Notes: generated from the letters alone by a model not told the origin. 50,969 nt of DNA from Candidatus Limnocylindrus sp. (GCA_044343985.1 JBIJDR010000001.1:1-50969); one strand, 5' to 3'; shown: positions 1-9,812, numbered from the stretch's first letter. A program made the numbers and translations.

Positions 1-174
1 CGCAGGATTGCAGAGGAGATTGCCTCACTCTTCAACATTCCTCCCGCCGTACCCACGACTGGGAGCGGCTCAACTTCCCCCGCCCACCACAGGGCACCGG
101 AACCCTCCGCTCTGGTGGGTCTGCTGGCGGGCGGGGACCCTCTTCGTCGTCACGCTGCGTTGCGGCGGACATGA
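1..174 (+). CDS. 3' end of an ORF entering from the left edge (partial); identity uncertain, possibly the tail of a class B PBP or another dcw-cluster gene
   Basis: Frame 1 is open from nt 1 to a TGA at 172-174. That stop overlaps the murF ATG at 171 (ATGA), the coupling junction used repeatedly in this cluster. The tail ...RRIAEEIASLFNIPPAVPTTGSGSTSPAHH... is Pro/Thr/Ser-rich and shows no MurE-type C-terminal GKGHE motif. Identity is inference only. Confidence 0.35.
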   Translation, partial: RRIAEEIASLFNIPPAVPTTGSGSTSPAHHRAPEPSALVGLLAGGDPLRRHAALRRT

Positions 175-1661
175 GTGTGACGAGCGTGAAGGCGACACGC
201 GTGGGCGGCCTCCTTGCCACTGGCGGCGCAGAGCTGGCACGACTTGCTGGCGCCACGCTGCTGCACAACGGTACGACGCCAGTTCGCGGTGCAGCGGTTG
301 ACTCACGGCGCATCGCGGAACGCCGCGGCGCGCTCTTCGTTGCCCTCCCTGGTGCGGTGACGGATGGCCGCCTGCACCTTCTCGATGCGATTGAGCAGGG
401 GGCGGGCGCACTCCTCCTTGAAGAGGGTGGTGATCGCGCCGCCCAAGAGCATCTACAGCTCGCTATTTCCGTAGCCGCTGAGCGCGGGGTCTCCATCCTC
501 AGCGTCCCGAGTGGTATTGCAGCGTTGAGTCAACTTGCGTCGGCATGGCGTGCCCGTTTTGACCTAGAGACGATTGGCGTCACTGGATCAGTGGGAAAGA
601 CGACGACTAAGGAAGCAATTTACAGCGCACTCGGGGGCCAGGTGGAGCTGGTGGCGGCGACGCCAGGGAATGCGAATAATGAGATTGGACTCCCGCTTGC
701 GCTCCTTAACCTCCCAGACGGCATGGAGCGCTTTGTGGCGGAGATGGGGATGTACGTTGGCGGCGAGATCAGCGCCCTCTGTGAGATGGCGCGGCCACGC
801 ATCGGCGTGGTCACGGCGATTGATGCCGTACACGCCGAACGGGCTGGAGGACTTGATGCGATCGAATCGGCGAAAGGGGAGCTGATCGCCGCCCTGCCGG
901 CTGACGGCTGGGCGATCCTCGCCGCCGATGATGCGCGTGTGATGCGACTCGGTGGACGTGGGCCAGCGCGCGTCCTTACCGCTGGGCATGCTGAAGGGGC
1001 CGACGTGCACATCGTCAGTGTGGAGCTTGACCAAGAGGCTGCGCGCACACGAGTGGAGCTACGTGTGGATGACGAGCGACTTCATGTTGATCTTCCGCTC
1101 TTCGGCGCGCAGTTTGCGCGATCGGCGGCGCTCGCGATCGCCGTGGCGAAGGTGTGCGGTGTTGACCTGAGTGCCGCTGCAAGTCGTCTGAGCGAGGTGC
1201 AACTACCGAGCGGTCGAGCGAGCGTGCGCAACATTGGTGGCGTCCGCTTGATTGACGATGCATATAACGCCGCACCGAGCAGCATGGCGGCAGCGCTCGA
1301 AACACTCTCCAGCGCAACAGGCGCACGCTTCGCTGCGCTCGGGGCGATGGGAGAGCTCGGCGAATACGCTGCCGCTGCGCACGAGGCGATCGGTCGCAAC
1401 GCCGCCGAGAGTGGCCTGGCGATGCTGCTCGTCTTCGGCACGGAAGCGGATGGGATCGCCGCTGGTGCCCGCAGCGCAGGGATGCCGGTTGATCAGATCG
1501 TGCGGCTCTCAGCCGACGAGCAGGGGATCATCGCGGGTGCAGGGCTGATCGCCGATCGCGCGCGCACTGGAGACACGGTGTTGGTCAAGGCGTCACGCTC
1601 CGTTGCGCTCGAGCGACTCGTCGCCGCGCTAGATGAGCGCCTGACTGGAGGCAACGCATGA
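171..1661 (+). CDS. murF: UDP-N-acetylmuramoyl-tripeptide--D-alanyl-D-alanine ligase (MurF)
   Basis: 496-aa ORF. It carries a Mur-ligase P-loop (GVTGSVGKTTTKE), the MurF-typical GNANNEIGLPL and DDAYNAAPSSM motifs, and MGELG. It sits directly upstream of mraY with an ATGA overlap. Confidence 0.93.
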   Translation: MSVTSVKATRVGGLLATGGAELARLAGATLLHNGTTPVRGAAVDSRRIAERRGALFVALPGAVTDGRLHLLDAIEQGAGALLLEEGGDRAAQEHLQLAISVAAERGVSILSVPSGIAALSQLASAWRARFDLETIGVTGSVGKTTTKEAIYSALGGQVELVAATPGNANNEIGLPLALLNLPDGMERFVAEMGMYVGGEISALCEMARPRIGVVTAIDAVHAERAGGLDAIESAKGELIAALPADGWAILAADDARVMRLGGRGPARVLTAGHAEGADVHIVSVELDQEAARTRVELRVDDERLHVDLPLFGAQFARSAALAIAVAKVCGVDLSAAASRLSEVQLPSGRASVRNIGGVRLIDDAYNAAPSSMAAALETLSSATGARFAALGAMGELGEYAAAAHEAIGRNAAESGLAMLLVFGTEADGIAAGARSAGMPVDQIVRLSADEQGIIAGAGLIADRARTGDTVLVKASRSVALERLVAALDERLTGGNA

Positions 1662-2632
1662 TTGCCATTGTTCAAGCCCTTGTCCTCTCATTCGGTTGCG
1701 TCTGCCTCCTCATGCCCGCCTACCTCCGTCTGCTCCGACACGGTGGCTTCGGGAAGCGCGTGCGCCGCGAGTTTGGTCCCGACTGGCACATTGTGAAAGA
1801 GGGGACACCCACAATGGGTGGGCTCCTCCTTGTCATGGTGGTGATCGCTCTCTCGCTCCTGCTCGACGCGGTGGACGCCTCAACCTACGCAATCCTTCTC
1901 GCCCTTCTCGGCGTGTCGCTCGTCGGTGCATTCGACGATTGGCTCAACGCGCGCACTGGAATCGGTATCTCTGCGCGCCAGAAGCTGCTCTGGCAGATTG
2001 GCGTCTCCATCATCTCAGCGGTCTATATCCAGCAGCACTTCGCCTTCGCCTCACTCGTCGTCCCACTCGTTGGTGAGGTACCGATCGCCCCGATCCTGTG
2101 GATCACGGTTGCCGTGGTGGCAATCGTCGCCACGAGTAACGGAGTCAATCTCACCGATGGACTTGATGGACTCTCTGGCGGGACGATGGTCTTCGCCTGG
2201 ATCAGCTACATGGTGATCGCACTTCTGAATGCCCCAGGGCAGCTGAACGTTGCCATCATCTGCGCGTTGATCGCCGGCGCACTCGTTGGCTTCCTCTGGT
2301 TCAACATCCATCCGGCGAGCGTGATCATTGGCGATACGGGGGCGCTCGGATTCGGTGCCGCGCTCGCAGTAACAGGCCTTGTGACGGGCCACATCCTGCT
2401 CCTTCCGCTGATCGGGATCATCTTTGTGGTTGAGACGGGCTCAGTGATCTTGCAGGTGGCGAGCGTGAAGCTCACCGGTCGACGCATCTTCCTCTTCACA
2501 CCGATCCATCACCACTTTGAGCGACTTGGCTGGGCGGAGACGCAGATCACCTTCCGCTTCTGGGTGATTGGTGCCATCGGCGGCATCCTTGGCATCGTCG
2601 TCTTCCTTGCAACACGTGGCGTTGGAGCGTAA
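1658..2632 (+). CDS. mraY: phospho-N-acetylmuramoyl-pentapeptide transferase (MraY)
   Basis: 324-aa polytopic membrane ORF with SNGVNLTDGLDGL and IIGDTGALGFG motifs and an HHHFE segment. Canonical position between murF and murD. Confidence 0.95.
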   Translation: MIAIVQALVLSFGCVCLLMPAYLRLLRHGGFGKRVRREFGPDWHIVKEGTPTMGGLLLVMVVIALSLLLDAVDASTYAILLALLGVSLVGAFDDWLNARTGIGISARQKLLWQIGVSIISAVYIQQHFAFASLVVPLVGEVPIAPILWITVAVVAIVATSNGVNLTDGLDGLSGGTMVFAWISYMVIALLNAPGQLNVAIICALIAGALVGFLWFNIHPASVIIGDTGALGFGAALAVTGLVTGHILLLPLIGIIFVVETGSVILQVASVKLTGRRIFLFTPIHHHFERLGWAETQITFRFWVIGAIGGILGIVVFLATRGVGA

Positions 2633-2634
2633 TT

Positions 2635-4218
2635 GTGGGTGGCGCGCTCTCGCTTAACGATCTGAGCGCCACCGCGGTTGCCGCGGGAAGCCTCAAGGGG
2701 ACGCGCGTCGTGGTGCTTGGTGCAGGTCGCACGGGACAGGCGGTTGCCGAGTTTGCTGCTGCGCACGGAGCGAGCGTCACGCTGCACGATAGTGCTGAGG
2801 CGGGGACGCTTCAGGCTGCTGCCGATCGCTTCGCATCTGGCGGCGTCACCCTCACCTTTGGTGCTGGAGCCGACCTCGCTCCACTCCTTGCGACCGCGGA
2901 TCTTGTGGTGCACAGCCCCTCGGTCACTCTCGGCTTCCCATCAGTGAAGGAGTCGGTTGCCGGACCGTTACGTGACTACGCCGCGCGCGCGATCGGACCA
3001 GAGGGGGAGGCAACAAAGCGGGAGGCGCTCTTAATCAGTGAGCCAGAGTGGACGCTGCGCCTCCTCGGTGCGCGCTGGCGAATTGGGATCACTGGGACCA
3101 AGGGGAAGACCTCCACGAGCAACCTGATCGCATCAATCCTTGCTGCCGATCCCAGTTGCCCCGTGGAGCTTGGTGGAAACAACGGCGTTCCGCTCATCGG
3201 CAAGGCGGCTGGACTCTCTGAGGCAACACGCGTTGTGTTGGAGTTATCAGAGCTGCAACTCCCCACGATTGTCAGCAGCGTGGATGTTGCCGTCTACACC
3301 AACATCACGGTTGACCATCTTGATCGGCATGGGACTGTTGAGGGGTATCGCAAGGTGAAGCGACTCCTCGCCGACCGCGTAGATCCGGACGGCGTCCTCA
3401 TCGTCAATCTCGACGACCCTGTCACGGCGGGGCTCGCGGGGATTGGGCGCGTCTCAACCGTTGGATATCGCCGCGATCACCCAGTGCCAGGTGGCGTCGG
3501 GATCGTGGACGGCTGGATCGTTGCGGCGGGTGTGCCGCGCGCCGCACGCTTCGGTGGGGGAGTTGCGGGGACGGGCCCAGGGGGCAGGGTCATGCCAGTT
3601 GATGAGATCGCCCTCCCCGGAGATCACAGCATTAGTAACGTCCTTGCAGCAATTTGCGCCGGACTCGTTGCGGGAGTTGCGCCAGACGCGATTCGCTCCG
3701 CTGTGGCTGGCTTCCGCGGCATTCCACATCGGCTGGAGACAGTTGCTGTCCTTGACGGGATTCGCTACGTCAACGATGCGCAGGCGACACAACCCGATGC
3801 GGTTGCAGCGGCGGTGCGCAGTTTCCGTAAGCCACTCGTCTTACTTGCAGGAGGGCGGAGCAAGGGGCTGGATCTGACCGAACTCGCCCCGATCATCGCC
3901 GCGCAGTGTAGTGGCGCGGTGCTCTTCGGCGAGTTGGCTGATGAGCTTGAACAGCTCTTCCGTGGCGCCGGTCTTCAACGAATAGATCAAGCGACGAGCA
4001 TTCCGGATGCCGCGGCGCGTGGGGGTGCGATGGCACGCGCGCTCCTCGCTGAGACGGCGGAGCCCGCAAGTACGTCGCTCCATGAGAGCGAGGCGCGTGC
4101 AACGGTGCTGCTGAGTCCGATCGGCTCCTCGTTCGACATGTTCAATAACCCGTTCGGCGCGCGTGGCGATGCCTTCCGTACCGCCGTGCTCGAACTTCCA
4201 GCGGAGCACCGCGCATGA
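2635..4218 (+). CDS. murD: UDP-N-acetylmuramoylalanine--D-glutamate ligase (MurD)
   Basis: 527-aa ORF with a GTG start 2 nt after the mraY stop. It has an N-terminal Rossmann motif (VLGAGRTGQAVA), a P-loop (GITGTKGKTSTS), PHRLE...NDAQATQPDA and GGRSKGLD motifs. It is longer than typical MurD because of Gly/Ala-rich insertions. Confidence 0.92.
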   Translation: MGGALSLNDLSATAVAAGSLKGTRVVVLGAGRTGQAVAEFAAAHGASVTLHDSAEAGTLQAAADRFASGGVTLTFGAGADLAPLLATADLVVHSPSVTLGFPSVKESVAGPLRDYAARAIGPEGEATKREALLISEPEWTLRLLGARWRIGITGTKGKTSTSNLIASILAADPSCPVELGGNNGVPLIGKAAGLSEATRVVLELSELQLPTIVSSVDVAVYTNITVDHLDRHGTVEGYRKVKRLLADRVDPDGVLIVNLDDPVTAGLAGIGRVSTVGYRRDHPVPGGVGIVDGWIVAAGVPRAARFGGGVAGTGPGGRVMPVDEIALPGDHSISNVLAAICAGLVAGVAPDAIRSAVAGFRGIPHRLETVAVLDGIRYVNDAQATQPDAVAAAVRSFRKPLVLLAGGRSKGLDLTELAPIIAAQCSGAVLFGELADELEQLFRGAGLQRIDQATSIPDAAARGGAMARALLAETAEPASTSLHESEARATVLLSPIGSSFDMFNNPFGARGDAFRTAVLELPAEHRA

Positions 4219-5531
4219 GCCGTGTCGTCCGCCGTGTGGCCGGGACGCCGATTGGTGGCGTGCGCCTCTCACCACAGCGTGAGCCACGCACGGCACTTTC
4301 CCCACAACGTGTGATCGCGTCAATTCTTCGGGTGCAACGACCGCCACTTGATCAGTGGATTCTTCTTCCAGCGCTCTTCCTTGTTGCGCTCGGCGTCCTG
4401 ATGGTCTTCTCCTCTTCTGCGCTCAACTCACTCGCCGCAACTGATGACCCGTACTTTATGGGCTGGAGGCAGGCACTCTTCGCCGCTTGCGGCTTCGGCT
4501 CTATGGCGCTCCTCTCGCAGTGGGACTATCGCCGCTGGAGGTCGCTCTCCACGCCCCTCCTCTTCGTCGCGCTCGGGCTGCTCTGCGCAGTGATGGTCTT
4601 GCCAACTGAGCAGGGGTTTCGTCGCGCACTCTCCGTTGGCCCAATCAGCATTCATGCCGCAGAGGTGGCGAAGCTCGCCCTCATCCTCTTTCTTGCTGAC
4701 TTCCTCTCACGGCGCGGCCATGCGATGGCTGAGCATTCAACACTTCTTCCGGCACTTCTTGCGATCGGCCTCTCGTTCGGTCTGGTGCTGATCGAGCCAG
4801 ATCTTGGCACTGCAACAGTGATTGCTGGCGTTGGCTTCGCCGTCTTCTTTAGCGCAGGCGCCCCCCTCCGTTGGATCTTCGGCCCAGCGGTACTCGCTGT
4901 GGCGGCTGGGATCATCGGCATCTCACTCCGCGAATACCAGGCGGCGCGGCTCGGCAACTGGATGGACCCCTTCTCAGATCCAATGGGAAGCTCATATCAG
5001 ACGCTGCAGGGGCTCATCGCGATCGCGGTTGGCGGTCCGCTCGGAACCGGGATCGGTACCTCACAGCAGCTTGGTGGGGTGATCATCCCGTATGCCTGGA
5101 ACGACTACATCTTCGCCGTTGTCGGGCAGGAGTTCGGGGCGCTCGGCACCACCACGGTGATCCTCGCCTTCCTCCTCCTCGCCGTGCGCGGACTTCGCGT
5201 TGCGCGTCGCGCCCCAGACACCTTCGGCGCACTCTTGGCGACGGGGATCGTTGTCTGGATTTGTGGGCAAGCCTTCATGAATATCGGGGTGGTGCTTGCC
5301 CTCCTCCCCGTGACTGGTGTGCCGCTCCCACTCCTTTCGCAGGGTGGTTCGTCGCTCTTGGTGCTGATGTCTGCCATTGGACTCCTCCTCTCTGTCTCGC
5401 GTGAGACGATGGGGAGCAAGGAGATCGGAGGGAACGATGCGCGTAGTGATCGCGGGCGGCGGAACGGGGGGACATCTCTTCCCGGGATTCGCCGTGGCCC
5501 GTACGCTCCGACAGCAACACCCAGACGCTGA
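4215..5531 (+). CDS. ftsW: SEDS-family peptidoglycan glycosyltransferase / cell division protein FtsW
   Basis: 438-aa multi-pass membrane ORF. Its ATG overlaps the murD stop (ATGA). It has the SEDS hallmarks: EPDLGTA, the FIFAVVGQEFG-like segment DYIFAVVGQEFG, and PLPLLSQGGSS. Position between murD and murG. The last ~30 codons overlap murG out of frame. Confidence 0.9.
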   Translation: MSRVVRRVAGTPIGGVRLSPQREPRTALSPQRVIASILRVQRPPLDQWILLPALFLVALGVLMVFSSSALNSLAATDDPYFMGWRQALFAACGFGSMALLSQWDYRRWRSLSTPLLFVALGLLCAVMVLPTEQGFRRALSVGPISIHAAEVAKLALILFLADFLSRRGHAMAEHSTLLPALLAIGLSFGLVLIEPDLGTATVIAGVGFAVFFSAGAPLRWIFGPAVLAVAAGIIGISLREYQAARLGNWMDPFSDPMGSSYQTLQGLIAIAVGGPLGTGIGTSQQLGGVIIPYAWNDYIFAVVGQEFGALGTTTVILAFLLLAVRGLRVARRAPDTFGALLATGIVVWICGQAFMNIGVVLALLPVTGVPLPLLSQGGSSLLVLMSAIGLLLSVSRETMGSKEIGGNDARSDRGRRNGGTSLPGIRRGPYAPTATPRR

Positions 5532-6540
5532 GATCCACTGGCTCGGTGGTCAGCGTGGGATTGAGCGTGAGCTCCTCCCCCTTGAGGGCTACCCGCTGAC
5601 GCTCCTCGCCGCTCCGAGCTTGCGCATGAGTGGCGCAGGGTTCGCCGCAACGCTGCGCGACGCGATTGCGCTGATCATCTCCATCCCTCAAGCGGTGCGC
5701 TACCTGCTGCGGCTTCGACCAGATGTGCTCTTCTCGACCGGTGGCTACATTGCGATCCCTGCGCTGATCGCCGCCGCGCTGACGCGCACCCCAAGCCTCA
5801 TCTGGGAGGGGAATGTGCAAGCAGGCCGAAGCAACCGACTGATTGCGCCACTCGCGAGCGCACGCGCAGTGGCGTGGGCGGCAACTGCGAGTCAGGCGCC
5901 GTGGAGTGGTCGCGAGACGCTGGTCACAGGGACGCCGGTGCGGAGCTTCGCCGGCCGTGATCGCACCGCGGCACGCACGCGGCTCGGAGTTGGCGAAGGG
6001 ACTCCGCTCCTCTTAATCTTCGGGGGTTCGCAGCGCGTGGTGCGCTTTGAGCGTGCGCTCTCTGGGATCCTCACTGAACTCCTTGCCGCATGGCAGATCA
6101 TTCACATCGTTGCGGATGGCCTTGCAGAGGCTGAGTCAACAAAGCGACAGCTCCCTGCTGATCTGCAGTCGCGTTATCTTCCGTACGCCTTTCTTCACGG
6201 TGGGGAGATGGAGGAGGCGCTCGTCGCTGCCGATCTCTTGCTCGGCCGCGCTGGCGCATCGACACTCGCGGAGGTGGCGGCACTCGGCCTCGCTTCGATC
6301 GCTGTCCCATATCCATACGCAGGCGGTCATCAGCGCGCCAATGCAGAGGCGCTCGCCGCCGCTGGTGGCACGGTTCTTATTGATGACGCGGACCTGACAC
6401 CAGAGCGTCTTCGCCACGAGCTGACGGTGCTCGCTGAGCCTGCAGCACGTCAGCGGATCGGCACAGCCGCCGCGTCGCTGGCGCAACCGAACGCTGCGTT
6501 GCAGATCGCTGAGGCGCTGCAGCGCCTGGCGGCAAGGTGA
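5437..6540 (+). CDS. murG: UDP-N-acetylglucosamine--N-acetylmuramyl-(pentapeptide) pyrophosphoryl-undecaprenol GlcNAc transferase (MurG)
   Basis: The tracked ORF starts at 5377. The canonical MurG N-terminus MRVVIAGGGTGGHLFPG begins at the ATG at 5437, preceded by GGAGGG. A C-terminal GGS...RAGASTLAE...AVPYP...HQ..NA pattern is present. Confidence 0.92.
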   Translation: MRVVIAGGGTGGHLFPGFAVARTLRQQHPDAEIHWLGGQRGIERELLPLEGYPLTLLAAPSLRMSGAGFAATLRDAIALIISIPQAVRYLLRLRPDVLFSTGGYIAIPALIAAALTRTPSLIWEGNVQAGRSNRLIAPLASARAVAWAATASQAPWSGRETLVTGTPVRSFAGRDRTAARTRLGVGEGTPLLLIFGGSQRVVRFERALSGILTELLAAWQIIHIVADGLAEAESTKRQLPADLQSRYLPYAFLHGGEMEEALVAADLLLGRAGASTLAEVAALGLASIAVPYPYAGGHQRANAEALAAAGGTVLIDDADLTPERLRHELTVLAEPAARQRIGTAAASLAQPNAALQIAEALQRLAAR

Positions 6541-6547
6541 GAGCGTA

Positions 6548-7489
6548 ATGCCGGTTTGGAGCGAACGTGACGAGGCGGGGAGAGAGCTCGAGCGTCGTCT
6601 TGGCATTCGTGCCGAACGTGATGCCTCGCTTGCTGGGCACACCACGATGCGGGTTGGCGGACCAGCAGATCTTCTCGCAACTATCCGTGATCGCTTCGCC
6701 CTCCGTGGCGCCGTTCGTCTTGCACAGAGCCGTGGCTGGCCGCTGACGATCCTTGGGCGTGGCAGCAATGTTGTGATCAGTGATGCAGGGATCCGCGGAC
6801 TGGTCATCCTGAATCGAAGTGCGGGGGCCACCGTTGACGCTGCGACAGGCGTGATCAACGCCGACTCTGGCCTCTCGATGGCGAAGCTCTCCACGATCGC
6901 CGCTGAGGCTGGGCTCACCGGCGCAGAGTTCACGCTGGCGATCCCTGGCAACGTTGGCGGCGCAGTCTGGGCGAGCGCTGGCGCACACGGTGGTGAGATC
7001 GCGCAGATCATTCAGGGTGCCACGATCTTGCACGCCGATGGGAGTGAAGAGGAGTTGTCACGCGAGGCGCTGGAGCTTTCGTACCGAAGTTCGCGATTCA
7101 AGGGTGAGGCTGGTCGCGGCGAGGTGATCCTTGGTGCAACGTTCCAACTTCAACGTGGTGATCCCGAACTCATTCGCGGCCAACTCGAAGAGATTCGGCG
7201 CTGGCGGCGAGAGCATCAGCCACTCGGTATCCCGAGTGCGGGGAGCGTCTTCCGCAATCCACCCGGTGACCAGAGCGCGGGCGCGCTGATTGAGGCGGCG
7301 GGGCTGAAGGGGCGCCGAATCGGGGGCGCCGAGATCTCTACGATGCACGCCAACTGGATCCTGAATCGAGGAGGAGCAACCGCCGCAGAGATTCGCGAGC
7401 TGCACACCCTCTGCGTTGCCGAAGTGCAGCGGACGGCGGGGATCACGCTGGAGTCAGAGATCGTCTTTCTCGGTGAGGGGGCGCAGTGA
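6548..7489 (+). CDS. murB: UDP-N-acetylenolpyruvoylglucosamine reductase (MurB)
   Basis: 313-aa ORF with an FAD-binding segment (HTTMRVGGPADLL, ILGRGSNVVISD) and a C-terminal GSVFRNP...AGALIE...GLKG...GGA.IS..HANWI pattern. Confidence 0.92.
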   Translation: MPVWSERDEAGRELERRLGIRAERDASLAGHTTMRVGGPADLLATIRDRFALRGAVRLAQSRGWPLTILGRGSNVVISDAGIRGLVILNRSAGATVDAATGVINADSGLSMAKLSTIAAEAGLTGAEFTLAIPGNVGGAVWASAGAHGGEIAQIIQGATILHADGSEEELSREALELSYRSSRFKGEAGRGEVILGATFQLQRGDPELIRGQLEEIRRWRREHQPLGIPSAGSVFRNPPGDQSAGALIEAAGLKGRRIGGAEISTMHANWILNRGGATAAEIRELHTLCVAEVQRTAGITLESEIVFLGEGAQ

Positions 7490-8631
7490 GCGACACGAAC
7501 ACGGGCGGTTTGAACGGTGCGCCGTCCCTTCCGCATGTGGTTGTTCTCTACGGCGGCCGCAGCGCGGAGGCAGAGATCTCCGTTGTCTCTGGGAGCGCCA
7601 TCTCCGCCGCCCTCATGGGGCGCGGTATCGCTGTCTCGCAACTGCTCATCCTGCGCAGCGGTCTCGCCGCGCTCCTCCCAGACGGCCATCTTCGTGGCGA
7701 TCGTGCAGCAACCGAGTACACCAGCGAGGAGCGCGCCGCAGCGTTGGTGAGTGCGCCGTTCCGCCCCCTGAGCGAGCTGCTCAACGAGCTGTCCGCGCGC
7801 CACCCAGGATCCGTGTTCATTCCTGCACTTCATGGACCGGGCGATGAGGATGGTGAGGTGCAGCAGGCCCTTGATGCGAAGGGGGTCGCCTTTGTTGGGG
7901 CACGCCCTGCCGCTGCGGCACTCGGCATGGACAAGGGGCGCTTCAAGGATCTCGCCGCCTCACTCGGTATCCCCGTGTTGCCGCACATGCTGATCAGTGC
8001 CGCGCGCTGGGGTGCGGCGCGCGCGGCGGTCCTCGCAGAGATTGCAACGTTCGCCGCTGAGCAGAGCGAAGCGGGGGCACTGATCGGGAAGCCGGTCGCG
8101 CACGGCTCCTCCATTGGGATGCGCATTGCGCGAACTCCAGCGGAGTGGCCACTCGCCGTTGACCTTGCACTTGAATACGGTGACGTCGCGCTCCTTGAGC
8201 CGTACCTCACCAAACCGCGTGAGCTAGAGATCGCACTTCTTGAGCGCGCTGACGGCACCGTTGCGGCGTATGGTCCGGGTGAGGTGTTTCCTGGACGTGA
8301 GTTTTACGACTACGACGCAAAGTACGAGGATGGTGTCTCGCGCACCACCACCGCACCTGATCTTTCTGATGTGGTGAGCGAGCCGCTTCGCGCCGCCGCA
8401 CTGCAGCTCTTCCGCGCGTTCGGTGGACGTGGCCTTGCACGAATGGACTTCCTGATTCGTTCCAGTGGACCTGAGGCGGGGCGCTGGTATATCTCCGAAG
8501 TCAACACCTTCCCAGGATTCACGCCGATCTCGCTCTTCCCAGCGCTCGTCACTGCTGCGGGTGGCAGCTTCGCCGACCTCTGCGTTGAGCTTGTGGTGGC
8601 AGCGCAGTCGCAGGCGCAACGCGCTTCATGA
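7486..8631 (+). CDS. ddl: D-alanine--D-alanine ligase (Ddl)
   Basis: 381-aa ORF with a GTGA overlap on murB. It has VVVLYGGRSAEAEISVVSG at the N-terminus, an ATP-grasp core (KPVAHGSSIGM, LLEPYL..PRELEIALL) and a C-terminal EVNTFPGFT. Confidence 0.92.
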   Translation: MSDTNTGGLNGAPSLPHVVVLYGGRSAEAEISVVSGSAISAALMGRGIAVSQLLILRSGLAALLPDGHLRGDRAATEYTSEERAAALVSAPFRPLSELLNELSARHPGSVFIPALHGPGDEDGEVQQALDAKGVAFVGARPAAAALGMDKGRFKDLAASLGIPVLPHMLISAARWGAARAAVLAEIATFAAEQSEAGALIGKPVAHGSSIGMRIARTPAEWPLAVDLALEYGDVALLEPYLTKPRELEIALLERADGTVAAYGPGEVFPGREFYDYDAKYEDGVSRTTTAPDLSDVVSEPLRAAALQLFRAFGGRGLARMDFLIRSSGPEAGRWYISEVNTFPGFTPISLFPALVTAAGGSFADLCVELVVAAQSQAQRAS

Positions 8632-9692
8632 ACGAACGCGATCGCCGCGCGCGACAGGAGTCTCCTCGCCGCAGTGGCGGGGCGCGTCCGTTCGGACCGG
8701 GTGAGGCGCCACTCGGTGTACGCCCAGGCCTCGCTGGTCAACGTCGTCGTGCTGGTGTTGAGACGGCGCCGCGCTCCGTAGAGCGCGAAGCGGCACCTGC
8801 GGGGCGACGCAGTGGGGGAAGGCGACTCCGCCCAGAGACGGTGCGCGCGCTACGGCGCCTCGCCGTTCTCGTGCTGATGATCGGCGCCACTCTTGCCCCA
8901 CCCGCACTCGCTTCGAGCGACACCTTCAAGATCACCTCACTTCGTCTCGTCGGCCTACAACTCCTCGACGAGGGGGCGGTGAGTGCAGTGAGTGGCGTCG
9001 TGCTCGGAGATGGACTCTTAACGAGCGATCTGCGCAGCATTGAGCAGGCGCTCAGTGAGATCCCGTTTATTGCATCGGCGCGCGTCAGGATCGGGCTCCC
9101 TGGAGAGATTCGCGCAGAGATTCGCGAAGAGGTTCCACTCTTGCGTTGGAGTAGCGGCGGTGTCACCTACCTGATGAGCGGGAGCGGCGAGCTGCTTGGG
9201 TCCACAACGTCACCACTCCTTAGTAGTGCTGGGCGCGCGGCGGTTGAGCAGCTCCCGCTGATGAGCGACCTCCGCAGTGGCCCTCCGCTTCTCCCTGGCG
9301 ATGTGGTCACGCCACTCGATGTTGACATCGCAACACGGCTCGCCAGCCTTACGCTCGCCGATCTCGGCAGCTCGGCGACGCGACTCACCCTTGTCGCTGA
9401 TCCGCAATATGGATTCGTCCTGCAGGGCGAGGGGGAGGGGATCGCCTGGAACGCTGTCTTCGGTATCTACTCCGCAACGATTCGCCCCCCAGAGATGCTT
9501 CCGGGTCAGGTGCGCCTCCTGCGCAGCCTTCTCGCCGGCCGAGAGCGCAGGATCGGCTGGGTGATCCTCGCCGATGGACAGGCCGGAACGTTCACGGAGC
9601 CAGGGGTGCGACCCCCTGTGCCGCCAGGTGCAAGCGCAGAACCGAGCGCGGCGCCAAGCGCCGCGCCGAGCGGAAGCCAGGTGACCCCATGA
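8628..9692 (+). CDS. ftsQ: cell division protein FtsQ/DivIB (POTRA domain), with a long Arg-rich cytoplasmic N-terminus
   Basis: 354-aa ORF with an ATGA overlap on ddl. It has a ~90-aa basic N-terminal region and one TM segment (LAVLVLMIGATLAPPALA). A POTRA-like segment follows (FKITSLRLVGLQLL...IPFIASARVRIGLPGEIRAEIREEVPLLRW). Position between ddl and ftsA. The start codon is uncertain. Confidence 0.75.
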   Translation: MNERDRRARQESPRRSGGARPFGPGEAPLGVRPGLAGQRRRAGVETAPRSVEREAAPAGRRSGGRRLRPETVRALRRLAVLVLMIGATLAPPALASSDTFKITSLRLVGLQLLDEGAVSAVSGVVLGDGLLTSDLRSIEQALSEIPFIASARVRIGLPGEIRAEIREEVPLLRWSSGGVTYLMSGSGELLGSTTSPLLSSAGRAAVEQLPLMSDLRSGPPLLPGDVVTPLDVDIATRLASLTLADLGSSATRLTLVADPQYGFVLQGEGEGIAWNAVFGIYSATIRPPEMLPGQVRLLRSLLAGRERRIGWVILADGQAGTFTEPGVRPPVPPGASAEPSAAPSAAPSGSQVTP

Positions 9693-9812
9693 TCGACGGT
9701 GGTTGGGTCAGCAGTGGTCGAGTGAACGCCCGCGCCGCACAGGTCCCACGAAGGGCGTCTGCCGCTATGATCGGTGGACGAGAGCAGGGGTTAAGCAGGG
9801 GAGGGCGTAACG

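Noticed and set aside
8-301. ORF 8-301 (+) and other 60-150-aa ORFs overlapping murF and the rest of the cluster in alternative frames.
   Set aside because: They overlap strongly supported genes, have biased Arg/Pro/Trp-rich composition, and have no start-site signals.
5377-5436. Longer N-terminal extensions offered by the ORF track for murG (5377), yggS (12372), metG (22561), tatD (24113), the aminotransferase (33834), nadE (20326) and the small membrane ORF (36444).
   Set aside because: Each extension lies inside the preceding gene and is Arg-rich junk. In every case an internal ATG coincides with the conserved family N-terminus, and it also has a Shine-Dalgarno or a stop/start coupling junction.
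9637-9680. Short tandem repeat encoding PSAAPSAAPS at the FtsQ C-terminus.
   Set aside because: This is a low-complexity Pro/Ala/Ser tail of a periplasmic or extracytoplasmic protein, which is common and not indicative of a distinct element.
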